This document shows positions 39,201 to 50,091 of a DNA stretch of 64,000 nucleotides, in pieces (position 1 is the stretch's first letter; every line of letters starts with the position of its first letter). Location: assembly GCA_965219385.1 (NCBI GenBank), contig CBDCNM010000002.1, forward strand, positions 4,102,305 to 4,166,304. Reading direction: 5' to 3'. This DNA is from Candidatus Latescibacterota bacterium. GTDB taxonomy: Bacteria; Latescibacterota; UBA2968; UBA8231. The notes beneath the pieces were generated by a model, which was given only the letters and a program-made list of their open reading frames with translations, was not told the origin of the DNA and did no database searches. A program made the position numbers and the translations under genes.

Positions 39201-39660
39201 TCGGATTGATCGGATCGGACCGAAACAAGAGGTAGAGCTTGGCATGAAGCGGGTGCTTGAGGAAAAGCTTGACCACAACCTTCTTTGCTTCGAGCTGCCG
39301 CGCTAGTCTGCGAAGGCCCGCCTCGTCTTCATTGGTGGGAGCGCCGATCGTCAACTGCTCTCGAAACTCTTTCGCCAGCTTGCGCTTCAATCGCAACGCC
39401 GTCTGGTTGTCCAGTTGCTTCTCATTCGCCGAGAGATTTCTCGCAATACGAAGTTCTTCATGGGGCAATCGCTGCATGCCGACCAGTAGGCGGCAGCAAT
39501 GATCGTCTCCGCCATCCCATTTTTCGACGTATTCGTCGATTGACCGCCATCCGCGCAAGTTGAAGTATCCCACGCAGAAGTCCGCCCGGTCGGAAACCTC
39601 CATGGTTTCGGCCAGTGTGGGGCGGAGATGCTGTTCGATGTTGTCGAAAATGCGTGGCAT
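36292..39660 (-). CDS. PLD-nuclease domain plus SNF2-like SF2 helicase
   Basis: LHAKLY...GSSNLT (PLD-like), [17 protein letters not shown] and [10 protein letters not shown]. Confidence 0.9.
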   Translation of the reverse strand: MPRIFDNIEQHLRPTLAETMEVSDRADFCVGYFNLRGWRSIDEYVEKWDGGDDHCCRLLVGMQRLPHEELRIARNLSANEKQLDNQTALRLKRKLAKEFREQLTIGAPTNEDEAGLRRLARQLEAKKVVVKLFLKHPLHAKLYLLFRSDPINPTVGYLGSSNLTQAGLSGQGELNIDVLEHDACEKLAKWFEERWNDRWCVDISKELVEIINESWAREEPIPPYHIYVKMAYHLSQEARAGLNEFRIPTDFGNKLLDFQTAAVKVAAHHLNKRGGVIIGDVVGLGKTLMATALARVFEDDHGLETLIICPKNLVPMWEDYRGQYRMRARVLSISRTINELPNMRRYRLVLIDESHNLRNREGKRYRAIQEYIKENDSKCILLSATPYNKTYLDLSSQLRLFVAEDEDLRIRPERLLRKMGETEFVRQHQAPVRSLAAFEKSEHADDWRELMRLYLVRRTRSFIQDNYAATDETNGRKYLTFEDGTRSYFPTRVPKTLRFDIDEQYARLFADNVVEAINGLELPRYGLGNYVEPSPPTPPTDTETKVLDDLSRAGKRLMGFCRTNLFKRLESSGHAFLLSVERHVLRNFIFLHAIDNDLPLPIGTTDAGLLDTQSFDKDADESVGDFFDAEDEDEREESGGATALRTEADFRQRAAEIYALYTERYKRRFRWLSPHHFVADLGSALKADATTLLDLLVQFGEWQAAKDAKLSALEELLRGEHADRKVLVFTQFADTVLYLESQLTARGMSKMAAVTGDTPDPTALAWRFSPRSNEKEDRVMPGDELRVLVATDVLSEGQNLQDCAIVVNYDLPWAIIRLIQRAGRVDRIGQQAHDILCYSFLPADGIERLIRLRERVRRRLDQNAEVVGTDEAFFEGENEQTVLDLYNEKAGILDGDDDTEVDFSSYAYQIWKNATEADPPLKKKIEDLPSVVYSSKSYHERPERPEGVLVYMRTAQGHDALAWLDRDGRSITESQFEILRTAECSPDTPALPRHETHHGLVSKAAEYIARKEQQVGGQLGRPSGARFRTYERLKNHVERVEGTLFDTESLRRTIDDIYRYPLRQTALDALNRQLRSGVSDEALAELVIALRNEDRLCIVHEEDERQEPSIICSLGLIKQDGS

Positions 39661-39956
39661 TAATCGCTTTTCTCTTCTCCCGGTGAATGTCTGTTCCAGC
39701 CCGAACAGTTCGGAAACGCCACCCGGAGATGCTCCGCTGTGGGCTCGCCGGTAAGCAGCCGCACAAGAACGGACGTATCAATCCCGAAGTGCCGGGTCAT
39801 GGGGCTGATAGAGGAAGGATTCGAGATCGAAAGGCCCATGTCCGCGCCGAAGCTTGCCGCGCAACGGCGCAAGGCGGGAAGGGTCGATTCGCCGGGGACG
39901 CAAGGTGAAGCCGGCGGGAAGGTGACCTGACGCTTTGAGGTAATTTTGACGATCAT
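39660..39956 (-). pseudogene. Decayed AbrB/VapB-VapC(PIN) TA relic
   Basis: MIVKITSKRQVTFP followed by [16 protein letters not shown], both truncated. Confidence 0.7.
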
Positions 39957-40320
39957 GGCGTATCTCCTTGCTCATACATGTTAATTCGGTAAGGCAACAG
40001 AGTCAATCATGGGGCGGCCGGCCCTTCTGTTGGGCTGTTGTGAGATAAGCGGTTCCATAGAGGTTGGGCGGCATTTCAGCTACCATTCCGCCTTTGAAAA
40101 CCCAGTTTTCGACCAATCCCCGATGCGCGAAGATAGCCGTTAGAGCTACGTTGACTTGCGTGAGGGCTTTTTTCAGCGTATGTATAAGCATGGTGCAGCT
40201 CCCGTATTTGGGGGTTTAGTTACAATCTTGGCTGATTACAAATAAACCTAACTCGCGGCTGCACTGCAAGTTAGCTCACTGCCGTGTACTTGAGAAGGCT
40301 TCTTAAACAAAGGAGACATC

Positions 40321-41451
40321 ATGCGGATATACGCGACTTATACCGAACTCCTCGAGCGGGTGGAACAAAGCGGGCGCTCCATGCGGGTGTTGGGGCACAC
40401 CCTGGACGGGGCGCCCATGGTAGCGGTCCGCACAGGGGGCGAGAAGGAGCCGGCCATCTTCATCACCGCGGGAAGTCACTCCACCGAACAGGCCGGGGTG
40501 AGCGCAGCCGTCGAGCTGATCGAGCAGCTCGATACCGCGCACCAGGTCTACGTGGTCCCCACCCGCGATCCCATCGGACTCAATGGCTTTGCCTATGCCC
40601 TGAGCCTGGGCCTGGGGGAAAAGCCGGGGGAATTGAATTCCTTCGAGCAGGTGGAGGCCATCCTGCGCAGCGCGGGCGAGGTGCTCTTCGACGAGAACGA
40701 TATGGTCCTGTCGCTGATCGGCGAGTACGGCTATGCCAGCAGCCGGCCCGCCCCGGAGCGGATCTGTCCGCAGTGGTTTTTTTACCGCCGGTTGCGGGAA
40801 CTGGAAAAAGCACAGCCCGAGGTGGTGGCGCCTTTGCAAGGGCGGCGGATCTACATGACGCCTGGCCAGGAAGAGGTCCAAGGCAGCGGGAATTTCGGCC
40901 GTGCCTATACCCTGATCGTCAGTCCGGACGGCGAGGTACTGCACCTGAACCGCTTCCACGACACGGCCTGGGCGCCGGTCGAAGCCCGCTGCGCCCGGCA
41001 ACTCATGGCCGAGATCAGGCCGGCCATCAGCTTCGATGTGCACGAATCCCAGATGATGGAGGACCGCTACTGGTTGTCGGCGCGCCACCAGCAGGACGCG
41101 GAAAACGAGGCGTGGGCCCAGCGGATTGCCCGGACCACCATCCAGGCGATTGCGGATGGCGGCGGGAAGCTGGCCGCGGATCAAGATGTCGTGGTGCTGT
41201 CCACGCCCTGGGGCGTGGAGGGACGGGCGACTCTGGAGGATACCTGGTTCCGGCGTTCGGAGAAGGGGGTGTACTGGCTGGATGCCGGCATCCGGGGAGA
41301 GGGCCTGAACCTGGCCGATTTTGCCGCCAGGTTCTACGGGCTGGCCTTTGGCACGGAAATGGGGATGTACGGCAGCTTTGAGCACCGGGTTGCAATGGGC
41401 ATGCTGACGGTGCAGAGTGCGGTGGCGGTGTTTGAGGAAAGGTACAAGTAA
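40321..41451 (+). CDS. M14-like zinc carboxypeptidase/deacylase
   Basis: AGSHSTE, LNRF, FDVHE and FGTE motifs. AAGGAG RBS. Confidence 0.7.
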   Translation: MRIYATYTELLERVEQSGRSMRVLGHTLDGAPMVAVRTGGEKEPAIFITAGSHSTEQAGVSAAVELIEQLDTAHQVYVVPTRDPIGLNGFAYALSLGLGEKPGELNSFEQVEAILRSAGEVLFDENDMVLSLIGEYGYASSRPAPERICPQWFFYRRLRELEKAQPEVVAPLQGRRIYMTPGQEEVQGSGNFGRAYTLIVSPDGEVLHLNRFHDTAWAPVEARCARQLMAEIRPAISFDVHESQMMEDRYWLSARHQQDAENEAWAQRIARTTIQAIADGGGKLAADQDVVVLSTPWGVEGRATLEDTWFRRSEKGVYWLDAGIRGEGLNLADFAARFYGLAFGTEMGMYGSFEHRVAMGMLTVQSAVAVFEERYK

Positions 41452-41643
41452 TGGCTGTTTGGCAAGGAGTGATCCGCGCCAGCGTCTCGGATGCCCAAGG
41501 AGGGCAACGCCGATCCACGACCGGCGCCCGCGCGCGCAGCCAGGCACTTTCGCATAGATAGGCTTCTGAACGGAAACGCGGACGGATCGGGGCCAGAGAA
41601 GGTCTCCAGGAATGTCCAGGAATGAATTGAAGAGATCGAAGAC

Positions 41644-43584
41644 ATGAAGCTTCGTCGAACTTCGGGGGTTACGCTGCGCGCGGTGCTGACCGGTGCGGTG
41701 TTGTTGGGAGCGATCTGTCTGCTCAGTCCCTGGGCGATTTTGATGGTCAAGGGATCGCAGCTGACCAACACCTCCATCCCCATCATTGCGGTACTGTTCC
41801 TCTTCGGCCTGACCGCCGTGGCCGTACCTGTGCTGGGGGCGATCAACCGGCGGCTGGCCTTTTCCCGCTCCGAGGTGGTCACGATCTACGCCATGATGCT
41901 GGTGGGTTCGGGGATCATTACCGCTTTCACCGGCCACTTCCTCTCGGTCATCAGTGGCGCCATGTACTACGCCAGCCCCGAGAACAACTGGAAAACCCTG
42001 TTTGTGGAGTACCAGCATCCCTGGGTGGCGCCGACGGATTGGAAAGCGGTGCGCTTTCTGTACGAAGGCCTTCCCCAAGACATGGCCATTCCCTGGTCCG
42101 CCTGGATGGTGCCGCTTGCGGTCTGGATGCCCTTCATGTTGATCCTCTACTGGGTCGTCTTTTGCCTGGGGATATTGCTGCGCGGCCAGTGGATAGAGAA
42201 CGAGCGGCTGCTCTTTCCGTTGACGCGCTTGCCGCTGGCCCTGATTCAGGATGTGGAAAAATCCCCGACCCTTTTCAGTCCGCTGTTGAAAAACCGGCTG
42301 ATGTGGCTGGGGTTTGCCCTGCCTTTGTTGCTGCACTCGTGGAACTCGCTCCACGCCTACCACGACGGCTTTCAGCCGCTGGCCCTCACCGGTTCGATCA
42401 GCCTGCTGCAGGGACAGGTGGGGGTGCCCTTTCGCCTCAACCTTCCGATTATCGGGGTGGGGTTTTTGATGTCGCTGGGGGTCTCCTTCAGCGTGTGGTT
42501 CTTCTTTGTGATGGGAGTGGTCCAGCGCTGGATCTTTACCCGCGTCGGCCTGGATATCGGCAGCGGGGATGTATGGAACTCGGGAGGCGGCCCCCCGGCC
42601 ATCATGCACCAGCAGGCCGGGGCTCTGGTGGTGCTGGTTGGGTTTGTATTGTGGACGGCGCGCTGGCACCTGCGCGGGCTGGTGCGGCAAGCCCTGGACA
42701 ACAAGAGCAACGACGGTAGTGAGGTCATAGCGCCCCGCACCGCGGTTTTTGGTTTTCTGGCCGGGGTGGTTTTGCTGGTGGCGTGGTTGGCCCAGACCGG
42801 GCTCTCCCTGTACGTGGCCGTGCTTCTAGTGCTGGGGGCCTTGATTGTGTACATTGGGGTGTCGCGCGTCGTCTGCGAGGCCGGCCTGCCCGGCGTCCAG
42901 ACCCCCATGGTGCCCCAGGCCTATATCACGCGCGGCTTCGGGCCGGAGGTGCTGGGCTTGCGGAACATGACGGGGCTGGGTTTGAGCACCGTGTGGGTAG
43001 GTGGGGGGGGGATAACCACCATGATAAGCGCGATGTTGCATACCCTCAAGTTGAAATCCACCGAAGAGCGGCCGGACCAGCGCCTGCCCTGGGCCTTCCT
43101 GCTGGCCATTGTGATCGGCATGGCCGGGTCCATCTGGGTTACCATGAGTCTGGCCCATACCTACGGGGGGATCAATATGCACCGGTGGTTCTTCGAGGGA
43201 GCGCCCAAGTGGCCCCTTACCTACATGGCCTCGGTGTACAACGACCCGGAACCTACCTTTGCGCCGCGGCTGCTGTTCACCGGCGTCGGGGGCGGTTTCA
43301 TGGCCCTGCTGCTGTTTTTGCGCCAGCGCTTTGTCTGGTGGCCGCTGCACCCCATCGGCTTTCCCATTGCCACCACCTACCCCATTTCCTCCTACGACTG
43401 GCTTGCCCTCTTCATGGCCTGGACCTTCAAAGGGCTGATCCTGCGCTACGGCGGGGTGCGGGCCTACCGCTTCACGGTGCCCTTTTTCCTGGGGCTGATC
43501 CTGGGTGAGTTTTTCACTGCCTGTATGTGGGTTTTTATCGATGGTGCCTACGGAGTCGAAGGGAACATGATCTTTAATTTCTGA
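41644..43584 (+). CDS. DUF6785/DUF6784-type polytopic membrane protein (putative peptide transporter), copy 1
   Basis: YYASPENNW, QWIENERLLFPL, WWPLHPIGF and PFFLGLILGE motifs. Confidence 0.75.
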   Translation: MKLRRTSGVTLRAVLTGAVLLGAICLLSPWAILMVKGSQLTNTSIPIIAVLFLFGLTAVAVPVLGAINRRLAFSRSEVVTIYAMMLVGSGIITAFTGHFLSVISGAMYYASPENNWKTLFVEYQHPWVAPTDWKAVRFLYEGLPQDMAIPWSAWMVPLAVWMPFMLILYWVVFCLGILLRGQWIENERLLFPLTRLPLALIQDVEKSPTLFSPLLKNRLMWLGFALPLLLHSWNSLHAYHDGFQPLALTGSISLLQGQVGVPFRLNLPIIGVGFLMSLGVSFSVWFFFVMGVVQRWIFTRVGLDIGSGDVWNSGGGPPAIMHQQAGALVVLVGFVLWTARWHLRGLVRQALDNKSNDGSEVIAPRTAVFGFLAGVVLLVAWLAQTGLSLYVAVLLVLGALIVYIGVSRVVCEAGLPGVQTPMVPQAYITRGFGPEVLGLRNMTGLGLSTVWVGGGGITTMISAMLHTLKLKSTEERPDQRLPWAFLLAIVIGMAGSIWVTMSLAHTYGGINMHRWFFEGAPKWPLTYMASVYNDPEPTFAPRLLFTGVGGGFMALLLFLRQRFVWWPLHPIGFPIATTYPISSYDWLALFMAWTFKGLILRYGGVRAYRFTVPFFLGLILGEFFTACMWVFIDGAYGVEGNMIFNF

Positions 43585-43612
43585 ACGAAAACCAGGATGG
43601 ATCGAGGTCGTA

Positions 43613-45616
43613 ATGTCCAGGAATATTAAAAAGATCCCTTTGTTCTTCCAGGAGCGAATTGAAGAGCTTGAGGAAACGAAACCGCGCCGCGCTTCGGGGG
43701 TTACGCTGCGCGCGGTGCTGACCGGTGCGGTACTGGTAGGGGTGATCAGCGTACTCAGTCCCTGGGCGATCCTGTACGTCAAAGGATCGCAGTTGACCAG
43801 TTCGTCGATTCCCATCATCTCGGTGCTGTTCCTCCTGATTTTGACCGGCGTGGTCGTGCCCACGCTGGGGTCGATCAGCCGGCGGCTGGCCTTTTCCCGC
43901 TCCGAGGTGATCACGGTCTTCTCGATGATGCTGATATGTGCGGGGATCACCGTCAGTTTCACCGGTCAGTTTCTCGCGATCCTGACCGGCGCCATGTACT
44001 ACGCCACGCCCGAAAACAACTGGGATGAGTTGTTCGTGGGGTTTCAGCACTCCTGGCTGGTGCCCACGGACTGGGACGCGGTGCGCTATTTTTACGAAGG
44101 CCTGCCCAAGGGTATGGCCATTCCCTGGTCCGCCTGGGTGGTGCCGCTTGCGTCGTGGATGCTGCTCATGTTGATCATCTACTGGGTCGTCTTCTGCATG
44201 GGGGTGTTGATGCGCGGCCAGTGGGTGGAGAACGAGCGCCTGCTCTTTCCGCTGATGCGCCTGCCGATGGAGCTGATCCAGGACGGGGAAAATTCCCGCA
44301 CCTTTTTCAGCCCGCTGCTGCGCAACTGGCTGATGTGGTTGGGTTTTGCCCTGCCTTTGTTGCTGCACTCGTGGAACTCGCTCAACGCCTACCACGCCGC
44401 CTTTCAGCGGCTGCCGCTGACCGGCTCGATCAGTCTGTTGCAGGGGCAGGTGGGGGTGCCCTTCCGCCTGAACTTTCCGATCATCGGACTGGGTTTTCTG
44501 ATGCCGATGAACATCTCCTTCAGCGTCTGGTTCTTCTTTGTGCTGGGGGTGGTCCAGCGGTGGATTTTTACCCGCATCGGCCTGGATATCGGTGGTCCGG
44601 ACATATGGAACTCGGGAGGCGGGCTCCCGGCCATCATGCACCAGCAGGCCGGGGGCATGGTGGTGCTGAGTTTGTTCGTATTGTGGACGGCGCGCGGGCA
44701 TTTGCGCGGCCTGGTGCGAAAGGCCCTCAACGGCAACCAGGGAGGGCGCAATGAGCTCATATCGCCCCGGACAGCGGTTTTTGGTTTTCTGGCCGGGGTG
44801 TTCCTGATCATGGTGTGGCTGACCCAGACCGGGCTCTCCCTGTACGTGGTCGTGCTCCTGGTACTGGGGGCGCTGATTGTGTACCTTGGGGTGGCGCGCA
44901 TCGTCAGCGAAGCCGGCCTGCCCGGCGTCGGCTCGCCCATGGTGCCCCAGGCCTTTATCATCCGCGGCTTCGGACCGGACGTGCTGGGCCTGCAGAACCT
45001 GACGGGGCTGGGCTTGACCACAACATGGATGGGTGGGGGCGGGGTGACTAAAGTGATGGTTGCGATGTTGCACACCCTCAAGTTGAAGGCCACCGAAGGG
45101 CGGCCGGACCGGCGCCTGCCGCTGGTCTTCCTGATAGCCATTGCGGTGGGCATGGCCGGGTCCATCTGGTATACCATGAGCATATCCTATACCCACGGCG
45201 GCATCAACATGCACCGGTGGTTCTTCGAGGGGGCGCCCAAGTGGCCCTTTACCTACATGGAGTCGGTGATCAACGCCCCGGAACCTTCGTTTGCGCCGCG
45301 GCTGTTGTTCACCAGCATCGGGGGCAGCTTCATGGCCTTGATGCTGTTTTTGCGCCAGCGCTTTGTCTGGTGGCCGCTGCACCCCATCGGCTTTCCCATC
45401 GCCACCACCTACACCATTGTCGCCTACGAATGGTTTGCCCTCTTCATGGCCTGGGTTCTCAAGGGAGTGATCCTGCGCTACGGCGGGGTGCGGGCCTACC
45501 GCTTCATTTTGCCCTTTTTCCTGGGGCTGATTCTGGGCGAATTCTTCACCGCCTGTATGTGGGTTTTTATCGACGGGGCCTACGGGGTGGAAGGGAACAT
45601 GATCTTCAATTTTTGA
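43613..45616 (+). CDS. DUF6785/DUF6784-type polytopic membrane protein, copy 2
   Basis: Colinear tandem paralog of copy 1. Confidence 0.75.
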   Translation: MSRNIKKIPLFFQERIEELEETKPRRASGVTLRAVLTGAVLVGVISVLSPWAILYVKGSQLTSSSIPIISVLFLLILTGVVVPTLGSISRRLAFSRSEVITVFSMMLICAGITVSFTGQFLAILTGAMYYATPENNWDELFVGFQHSWLVPTDWDAVRYFYEGLPKGMAIPWSAWVVPLASWMLLMLIIYWVVFCMGVLMRGQWVENERLLFPLMRLPMELIQDGENSRTFFSPLLRNWLMWLGFALPLLLHSWNSLNAYHAAFQRLPLTGSISLLQGQVGVPFRLNFPIIGLGFLMPMNISFSVWFFFVLGVVQRWIFTRIGLDIGGPDIWNSGGGLPAIMHQQAGGMVVLSLFVLWTARGHLRGLVRKALNGNQGGRNELISPRTAVFGFLAGVFLIMVWLTQTGLSLYVVVLLVLGALIVYLGVARIVSEAGLPGVGSPMVPQAFIIRGFGPDVLGLQNLTGLGLTTTWMGGGGVTKVMVAMLHTLKLKATEGRPDRRLPLVFLIAIAVGMAGSIWYTMSISYTHGGINMHRWFFEGAPKWPFTYMESVINAPEPSFAPRLLFTSIGGSFMALMLFLRQRFVWWPLHPIGFPIATTYTIVAYEWFALFMAWVLKGVILRYGGVRAYRFILPFFLGLILGEFFTACMWVFIDGAYGVEGNMIFNF

Positions 45617-45811
45617 ACGGAAATGCGGCTGAAATGAGAGCGGAACGTCCAGGCGGTGGCAGGCGTTTACGAGCACCTGGCTCGTTTTAGAGGATACTCT
45701 AAATTATTGAGTTGGGGCAAGGGAATTGGATTTCCTCGGCCAAAAAATCTGTTACAGCCCTTTTCCGTACAATCCCATCTTTCCCCATGGACAACCAGGA
45801 AGGAAACTGGT

Positions 45812-47026
45812 ATGAAAATCATCGATGTAGAAGCAATCCAGATCAATCCGCGGCTCGCCGCGCGCAATGCCGACCAGAAACCGCGCTTCAGCGGCATCGA
45901 CACCCAGACCGTCTGGAAGGTCACGGCCGATAACGGCATTGTCGGGTACGGCGACAGCCGTGGACACAGCACGGTTGCGGAAGCGCAGAAGGCGGCCCTG
46001 GTCAACCGCACCCCCTTCGACTTTATCAATGCCCCGCTCGGCACCGGTCTGATGGGCGCCCTCTACGATTTGATGGGCAAGTACCTGGAGATTCCGGCCT
46101 ACAAGCTCATGGGGCAAAAGGTGCGCGACCGGGTACCGGTGGCGGCCTGGACTCGGCCCGCCTCTCCCGAGGATCTGGCCCAAGAGGTCCAGCGGGCCGT
46201 GGCCGAGGGGTACATGATTTTCAAGATTCACACCTGTGCCTACTACGATGTCCTGGAGCAGACCCGGGCAGTCGAGGAAGTCGCCCCGGAGGGATTCCGC
46301 ATGCACTACGATTTCAATCACAACCGCACCGCCAACGCGGTTTTGCGCCTGGTGCAGGAGCTGGAAAAATCCCGGGTGGTGGGCTTTTTGGAGGATCCGC
46401 TCAATTGGCGCGATATCGAGGGCTGGCGCCGGTTGCGGGAGATGAGCCACATCCCCATCCTCATGCACGTTCCCCAGCTGGGCGGCGGGCCCGAGATCAT
46501 GAACGGCTGTGCCGATCTGTACATGATCGGCGAGCACGGCATCGCCTTGTCCATAGCGCGCGGTTGGGCCTGTGCCGAAGCCAATGTTTCCACCGTCATC
46601 CAGCTCACCGGCGGCACCCTGTGCAAGGCGATGGCCCTGCACCTGGCAGCGGTCGTTCCCAATGTCTCGCACAGCGTCAACCTGGACGACCAGTACGAGG
46701 AAGACGTCACCGGCGGCCGGATCGAGGTCGCCGCAGGCAGTTCACCGGTGCCCCAAGGCCCTGGATTGGGGGTGGAGGTGGACGAGGAGGAGCTGGCCCG
46801 GATCGCGCAAAACCCCGCCACTGAAATTCCGCGCCACATCGGCGCTCTGCATCTGCCGGGCGGACGCACCTGGTACACCAGAGGGTTTCCGGGCGTGGAG
46901 CGACTCACTGGTTTTCCCGAAGGCAATATCCGGGGTATTCGTCTGGAGGTTCTGGAAGACGACGGCAGCGAGGAATTCGCCCGGCGCTACGCAAAACTCG
47001 AAAAGGAAGGCCCCAGCTTCGAGTGA
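45812..47026 (+). CDS. Mandelate racemase/muconate-lactonizing (enolase superfamily) enzyme
   Basis: Start MKIIDVE with AAGGA RBS. YDLMGK, FKIH, YDFN, LEDP and GPGLGVEVDE motifs. Confidence 0.85.
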   Translation: MKIIDVEAIQINPRLAARNADQKPRFSGIDTQTVWKVTADNGIVGYGDSRGHSTVAEAQKAALVNRTPFDFINAPLGTGLMGALYDLMGKYLEIPAYKLMGQKVRDRVPVAAWTRPASPEDLAQEVQRAVAEGYMIFKIHTCAYYDVLEQTRAVEEVAPEGFRMHYDFNHNRTANAVLRLVQELEKSRVVGFLEDPLNWRDIEGWRRLREMSHIPILMHVPQLGGGPEIMNGCADLYMIGEHGIALSIARGWACAEANVSTVIQLTGGTLCKAMALHLAAVVPNVSHSVNLDDQYEEDVTGGRIEVAAGSSPVPQGPGLGVEVDEEELARIAQNPATEIPRHIGALHLPGGRTWYTRGFPGVERLTGFPEGNIRGIRLEVLEDDGSEEFARRYAKLEKEGPSFE

Positions 47027-47099
47027 AGCGAAGAAGAGCAGTAGCATCACAGCTGCCGCCGACCCACTAAAACCACGGTAACAAAAGAAAGGAACGCCC

Positions 47100-48227
47100 A
47101 TGGCACACCCACCCACAGCCAAATTGACGATAAAAGGGAGGCCTTATGAAAGGGGTTGTCAGCACGGCTCGCAGGCCCGGGAAATGGTCCACAGCGGCGT
47201 AGCTTTCTACAGCCGGATGTGGGAAGAGAACGTCGGCAGAAGCAGAGAAGACCTGCTGGACCTGGCGGCCGAGTTCGAGCCGGTGGTCGGCAACTACGAT
47301 GCCGAAATCCTCGAGGAAATGGAGGGGGTCGCCACCGGCGCCGGGTTGAGCCTGGCCGAGGTCATGGTGGTCAACGCGCGCTACGAGTTGATGCTGGCGA
47401 CGCTGTTCAACGACGAGAAGGCAGCCCCGCCGGGGGAGTGCACGGCGCTGGCGGCCGGCCCCCAAGCCACCGCCGACGGCCATACCCTCATAGCCCAGAA
47501 CTGGGACTGGGTGCCGGAGATAAGGTCGCGTTCTTTTCTTCTGGAAATCCAGCAGGAAGATCGCCCGGACATCCTCACCCACGTAGAGGCAGGTTTCATG
47601 GGCCACAAGGGCCTGAACTCGGAGGGGCTGGGGCTGTGCGCCAATGCCATGTCCTCCAAGATCGACCGTTTTGCCGCGGCCGTGCCGGTTTGGGTCCTGG
47701 CGCGCAGCGCCCTCAACTGCAGCAGTCTGAGCGAGGTCCAGGCGGAAATGGAGCGCGCCGAGCGCACGGCTTCGGTCAATTTCATGGTCGCCTCGCGCGA
47801 GGGCCAGATCGCCGCGGTGGAGATGAGCCCGATCGATGTGAAAGCCGTGGGCGCGGCCGAGAGCCGGCTTGCTCACGGCAATGTCTTTGCCGACCTGAGT
47901 CCGGAGCGCGGTCTCGAAGACCGCCTGGCCGGGCTTTATCCCCAGTTTTGCGACCGGGCCGAGCGGGCCGGCGGCCTGATGGCCGAGGGCCCGATCGACG
48001 TGGAGCGCCTGAAGGCGGTGCTCTCCGACCACGGCAATCGCCCCGAATCCATCTGTCGGCACCCCGAAGACCAGCCCGAGGAGGCGCCGGCGGCCATCAT
48101 TCTGGGGACGGTTGTTTCAGTGGTCATGGATCTGACCGAGGGAGCGCTCTATATCACCGGGGGGCCGCCTTGCCGGAATCCCTACGCCGAGCACCGGCTG
48201 ACGCGCTCCGAGTACGCCGGGGCGTGA
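47100..48227 (+). CDS. C45-family autoproteolytic acyltransferase/hydrolase
   Basis: ERGCQHG, GECTALA, AQNWDW, GLNSEG and ICRH motifs. Confidence 0.85.
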   Translation: MAHPPTAKLTIKGRPYERGCQHGSQAREMVHSGVAFYSRMWEENVGRSREDLLDLAAEFEPVVGNYDAEILEEMEGVATGAGLSLAEVMVVNARYELMLATLFNDEKAAPPGECTALAAGPQATADGHTLIAQNWDWVPEIRSRSFLLEIQQEDRPDILTHVEAGFMGHKGLNSEGLGLCANAMSSKIDRFAAAVPVWVLARSALNCSSLSEVQAEMERAERTASVNFMVASREGQIAAVEMSPIDVKAVGAAESRLAHGNVFADLSPERGLEDRLAGLYPQFCDRAERAGGLMAEGPIDVERLKAVLSDHGNRPESICRHPEDQPEEAPAAIILGTVVSVVMDLTEGALYITGGPPCRNPYAEHRLTRSEYAGA

Positions 48228-48268
48228 TGCTGCCAGCCGCAAGACACAATCAGAGGGAGACTGCATAG

Positions 48269-49372
48269 ATGGCACGACTGGAAATCCTGGGACACAGCAC
48301 GGTTTACCGCAATCCCCATCCCAATCTCGTCAGCGAGTACGTGGCCTTTCCAGCGATCCAGGCCGTGCCGGACAATGTCTTGCTGTGCATGTGTCGCCAC
48401 GGGTCGGCGCGCGAGAGTGCCGCAGGGGTGGTGAAAATTTACCGCTCGACCGACGGGGGGGATACCTGGCAGGAGACCGGCCCCCTGCCCGAGATAGAGG
48501 CTGTGGGCGAGGGCATTCACCTGCCGGGCGGATTCGGTGTATCCCCCCAGGGCGATGTCCTGGCCTGGGTGCGCTACCCGCTGGGGAGCCAGGGCGAGTC
48601 CGGCCAGCTGGTATCGCGGTCGGCCGACGGCGGCCTCACCTGGTCGGAGTTCAGCCGCGTCGACGTCGCCCCCTTTGGCCGCATCGGGGTGGGAGGTAAT
48701 CTGGTGACCCTGGCCGACGGCCGGATGGTGTCGGTCTCGGAATGGGGCGAGAAGGTGAGCGGGGATGAAAAACCGGACTGGGCTTCCCTGATCACTCTTT
48801 CGTCCGATGGCGGCCGGACCTGGGAGGCGTGGCGCCGGGTACACGGGCCACGGGCCGGGATCTATTTTTTCGATATGCGCATCACCGGGCTGGCGGACGG
48901 CCGTCTGCTGGCGGCCTACTGGACCCACGACATGGAGAAAGACCAGGGGCTCAATGTGCACACCTCGTGGTCGTCCGACGGCGGGGCGACCTGGTCGGCG
49001 CCGCAGGACGCGGGCTTCTGGGGGCAGGTGACGGATGTGGCCGGTCTGCACAGCGGCCGGGTCATCGCCGTCACCAACCACCGCCGCCAACCCCTGGGCA
49101 TCCGCGCCGTGCTGTCGGAGGACGGCGGCGCCCGCTTTGCCGGGGAGCACCACGTCGAAATCTGGGGCATTGAGCCGGCCCGGGTGCGTAGCGCGCCGGT
49201 GCTTTCCAAGCGCCGCGACCTGGTCGAAAACCTGCTGGATTCCTACCACTTCTTTACCTTTGGGACGCCGTCGGTAACCCAGCTGGCGGACGGCACCATT
49301 GCCGTGGCCTTCTACGTGACCGAGGAGCACGTGACCTACGTGCGCTGTTGCCGGATGAAGGAGATGGACTGA
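48269..49372 (+). CDS. Sialidase-like BNR/Asp-box beta-propeller protein
   Basis: Five SxDGGxTW-type Asp boxes. Confidence 0.8.
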   Translation: MARLEILGHSTVYRNPHPNLVSEYVAFPAIQAVPDNVLLCMCRHGSARESAAGVVKIYRSTDGGDTWQETGPLPEIEAVGEGIHLPGGFGVSPQGDVLAWVRYPLGSQGESGQLVSRSADGGLTWSEFSRVDVAPFGRIGVGGNLVTLADGRMVSVSEWGEKVSGDEKPDWASLITLSSDGGRTWEAWRRVHGPRAGIYFFDMRITGLADGRLLAAYWTHDMEKDQGLNVHTSWSSDGGATWSAPQDAGFWGQVTDVAGLHSGRVIAVTNHRRQPLGIRAVLSEDGGARFAGEHHVEIWGIEPARVRSAPVLSKRRDLVENLLDSYHFFTFGTPSVTQLADGTIAVAFYVTEEHVTYVRCCRMKEMD

Positions 49373-49435
49373 ACCCCTGTTTCGCGCCACCAGATCGGGA
49401 TCAAATGCTCGATTATATCCCCGATGAAATCCAAC
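49262..49435 (+). repeat. 174-bp direct repeat, copy 1 (copy 2 at 52563-52736)
   Basis: Identical by eye. Covers the 3' end of the sialidase-like gene, the spacer and the first 12 nt of hsdM. Confidence 0.95.
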
Positions 49436-49665
49436 TTCTGACCCCTGGCCGCTACGTCGGTGCGGAACCTCAAGAGGACGACGGCGAGCCCTTCGAGGAG
49501 AAGATGGCGCGGCTCACTAAACAATGGCGCGAGCAGCAGGCCGAGGCCGCACGGCTGGACGCGGCTATTGACGCGAATCTGAAGGCATTGGGGTTTGGAG
49601 ACAATCAATGAGCTACACCGACCAAGAGCCCGTGCCCAACACCTGGGGTGAGACAGTTGGGTAGG
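49424..49665 (+). pseudogene. hsdM relic (first codons joined to the last ~175 nt) followed by a possible hsdS 5' stub
   Basis: ATGAAATCCAAC joined to [26 protein letters not shown]...ANLKALGFG, then [15 protein letters not shown]. Confidence 0.8.
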
Positions 49666-49689
49666 GCACGGGGACAACTAGGAGCGCCC

Positions 49690-50091
49690 GTGAACCTGAA
49701 ATCCGCCATACCGGTCCTGCCGGTCACCGACATGGAGGAGGGAGTCCGGTTCTACCGGGACGTCCTCGGGTTCGCCGTCGCCCACCAGGATGCCGGCTAC
49801 GCGGTCCTGGCCCGCGACCGGGTGGAGGTGCACCTGTGGCTGGCCGACGACGAAAGCTGGCGCACCCGCAAGGAGGGAGACCCGGTGCAGTCGGGGGCAG
49901 AGTCCTTCCTGGCGGGGACCCATAGCTGCCGCATTTCGGTCGAGGGGGTGGACCAACTCCACCGGGAGCTGGAACCGAAGGGGATCCTGCATCCGAACGC
50001 GCCGCTGGCCGTCAAGCCCTGGGGCGCCCGGGAGTTCGGGGTGCTTGACCCGTACGGGAACCTCGTCAATTTCTTCGAGTGGCCGCGGTAG
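49690..50091 (+). CDS. VOC / bleomycin-resistance family protein
   Basis: GTG start with AGGAG RBS. PVLPVTD...FYRDVLGF and PWGAREFGVLDPYGN. Confidence 0.85.
   Translation: MNLKSAIPVLPVTDMEEGVRFYRDVLGFAVAHQDAGYAVLARDRVEVHLWLADDESWRTRKEGDPVQSGAESFLAGTHSCRISVEGVDQLHRELEPKGILHPNAPLAVKPWGAREFGVLDPYGNLVNFFEWPR

Noticed and set aside
40303..45676. Long minus-strand ORFs (795, 378 and 700 aa)
   Set aside because: They are antisense shadows of GC-rich real genes and have no recognisable motifs.
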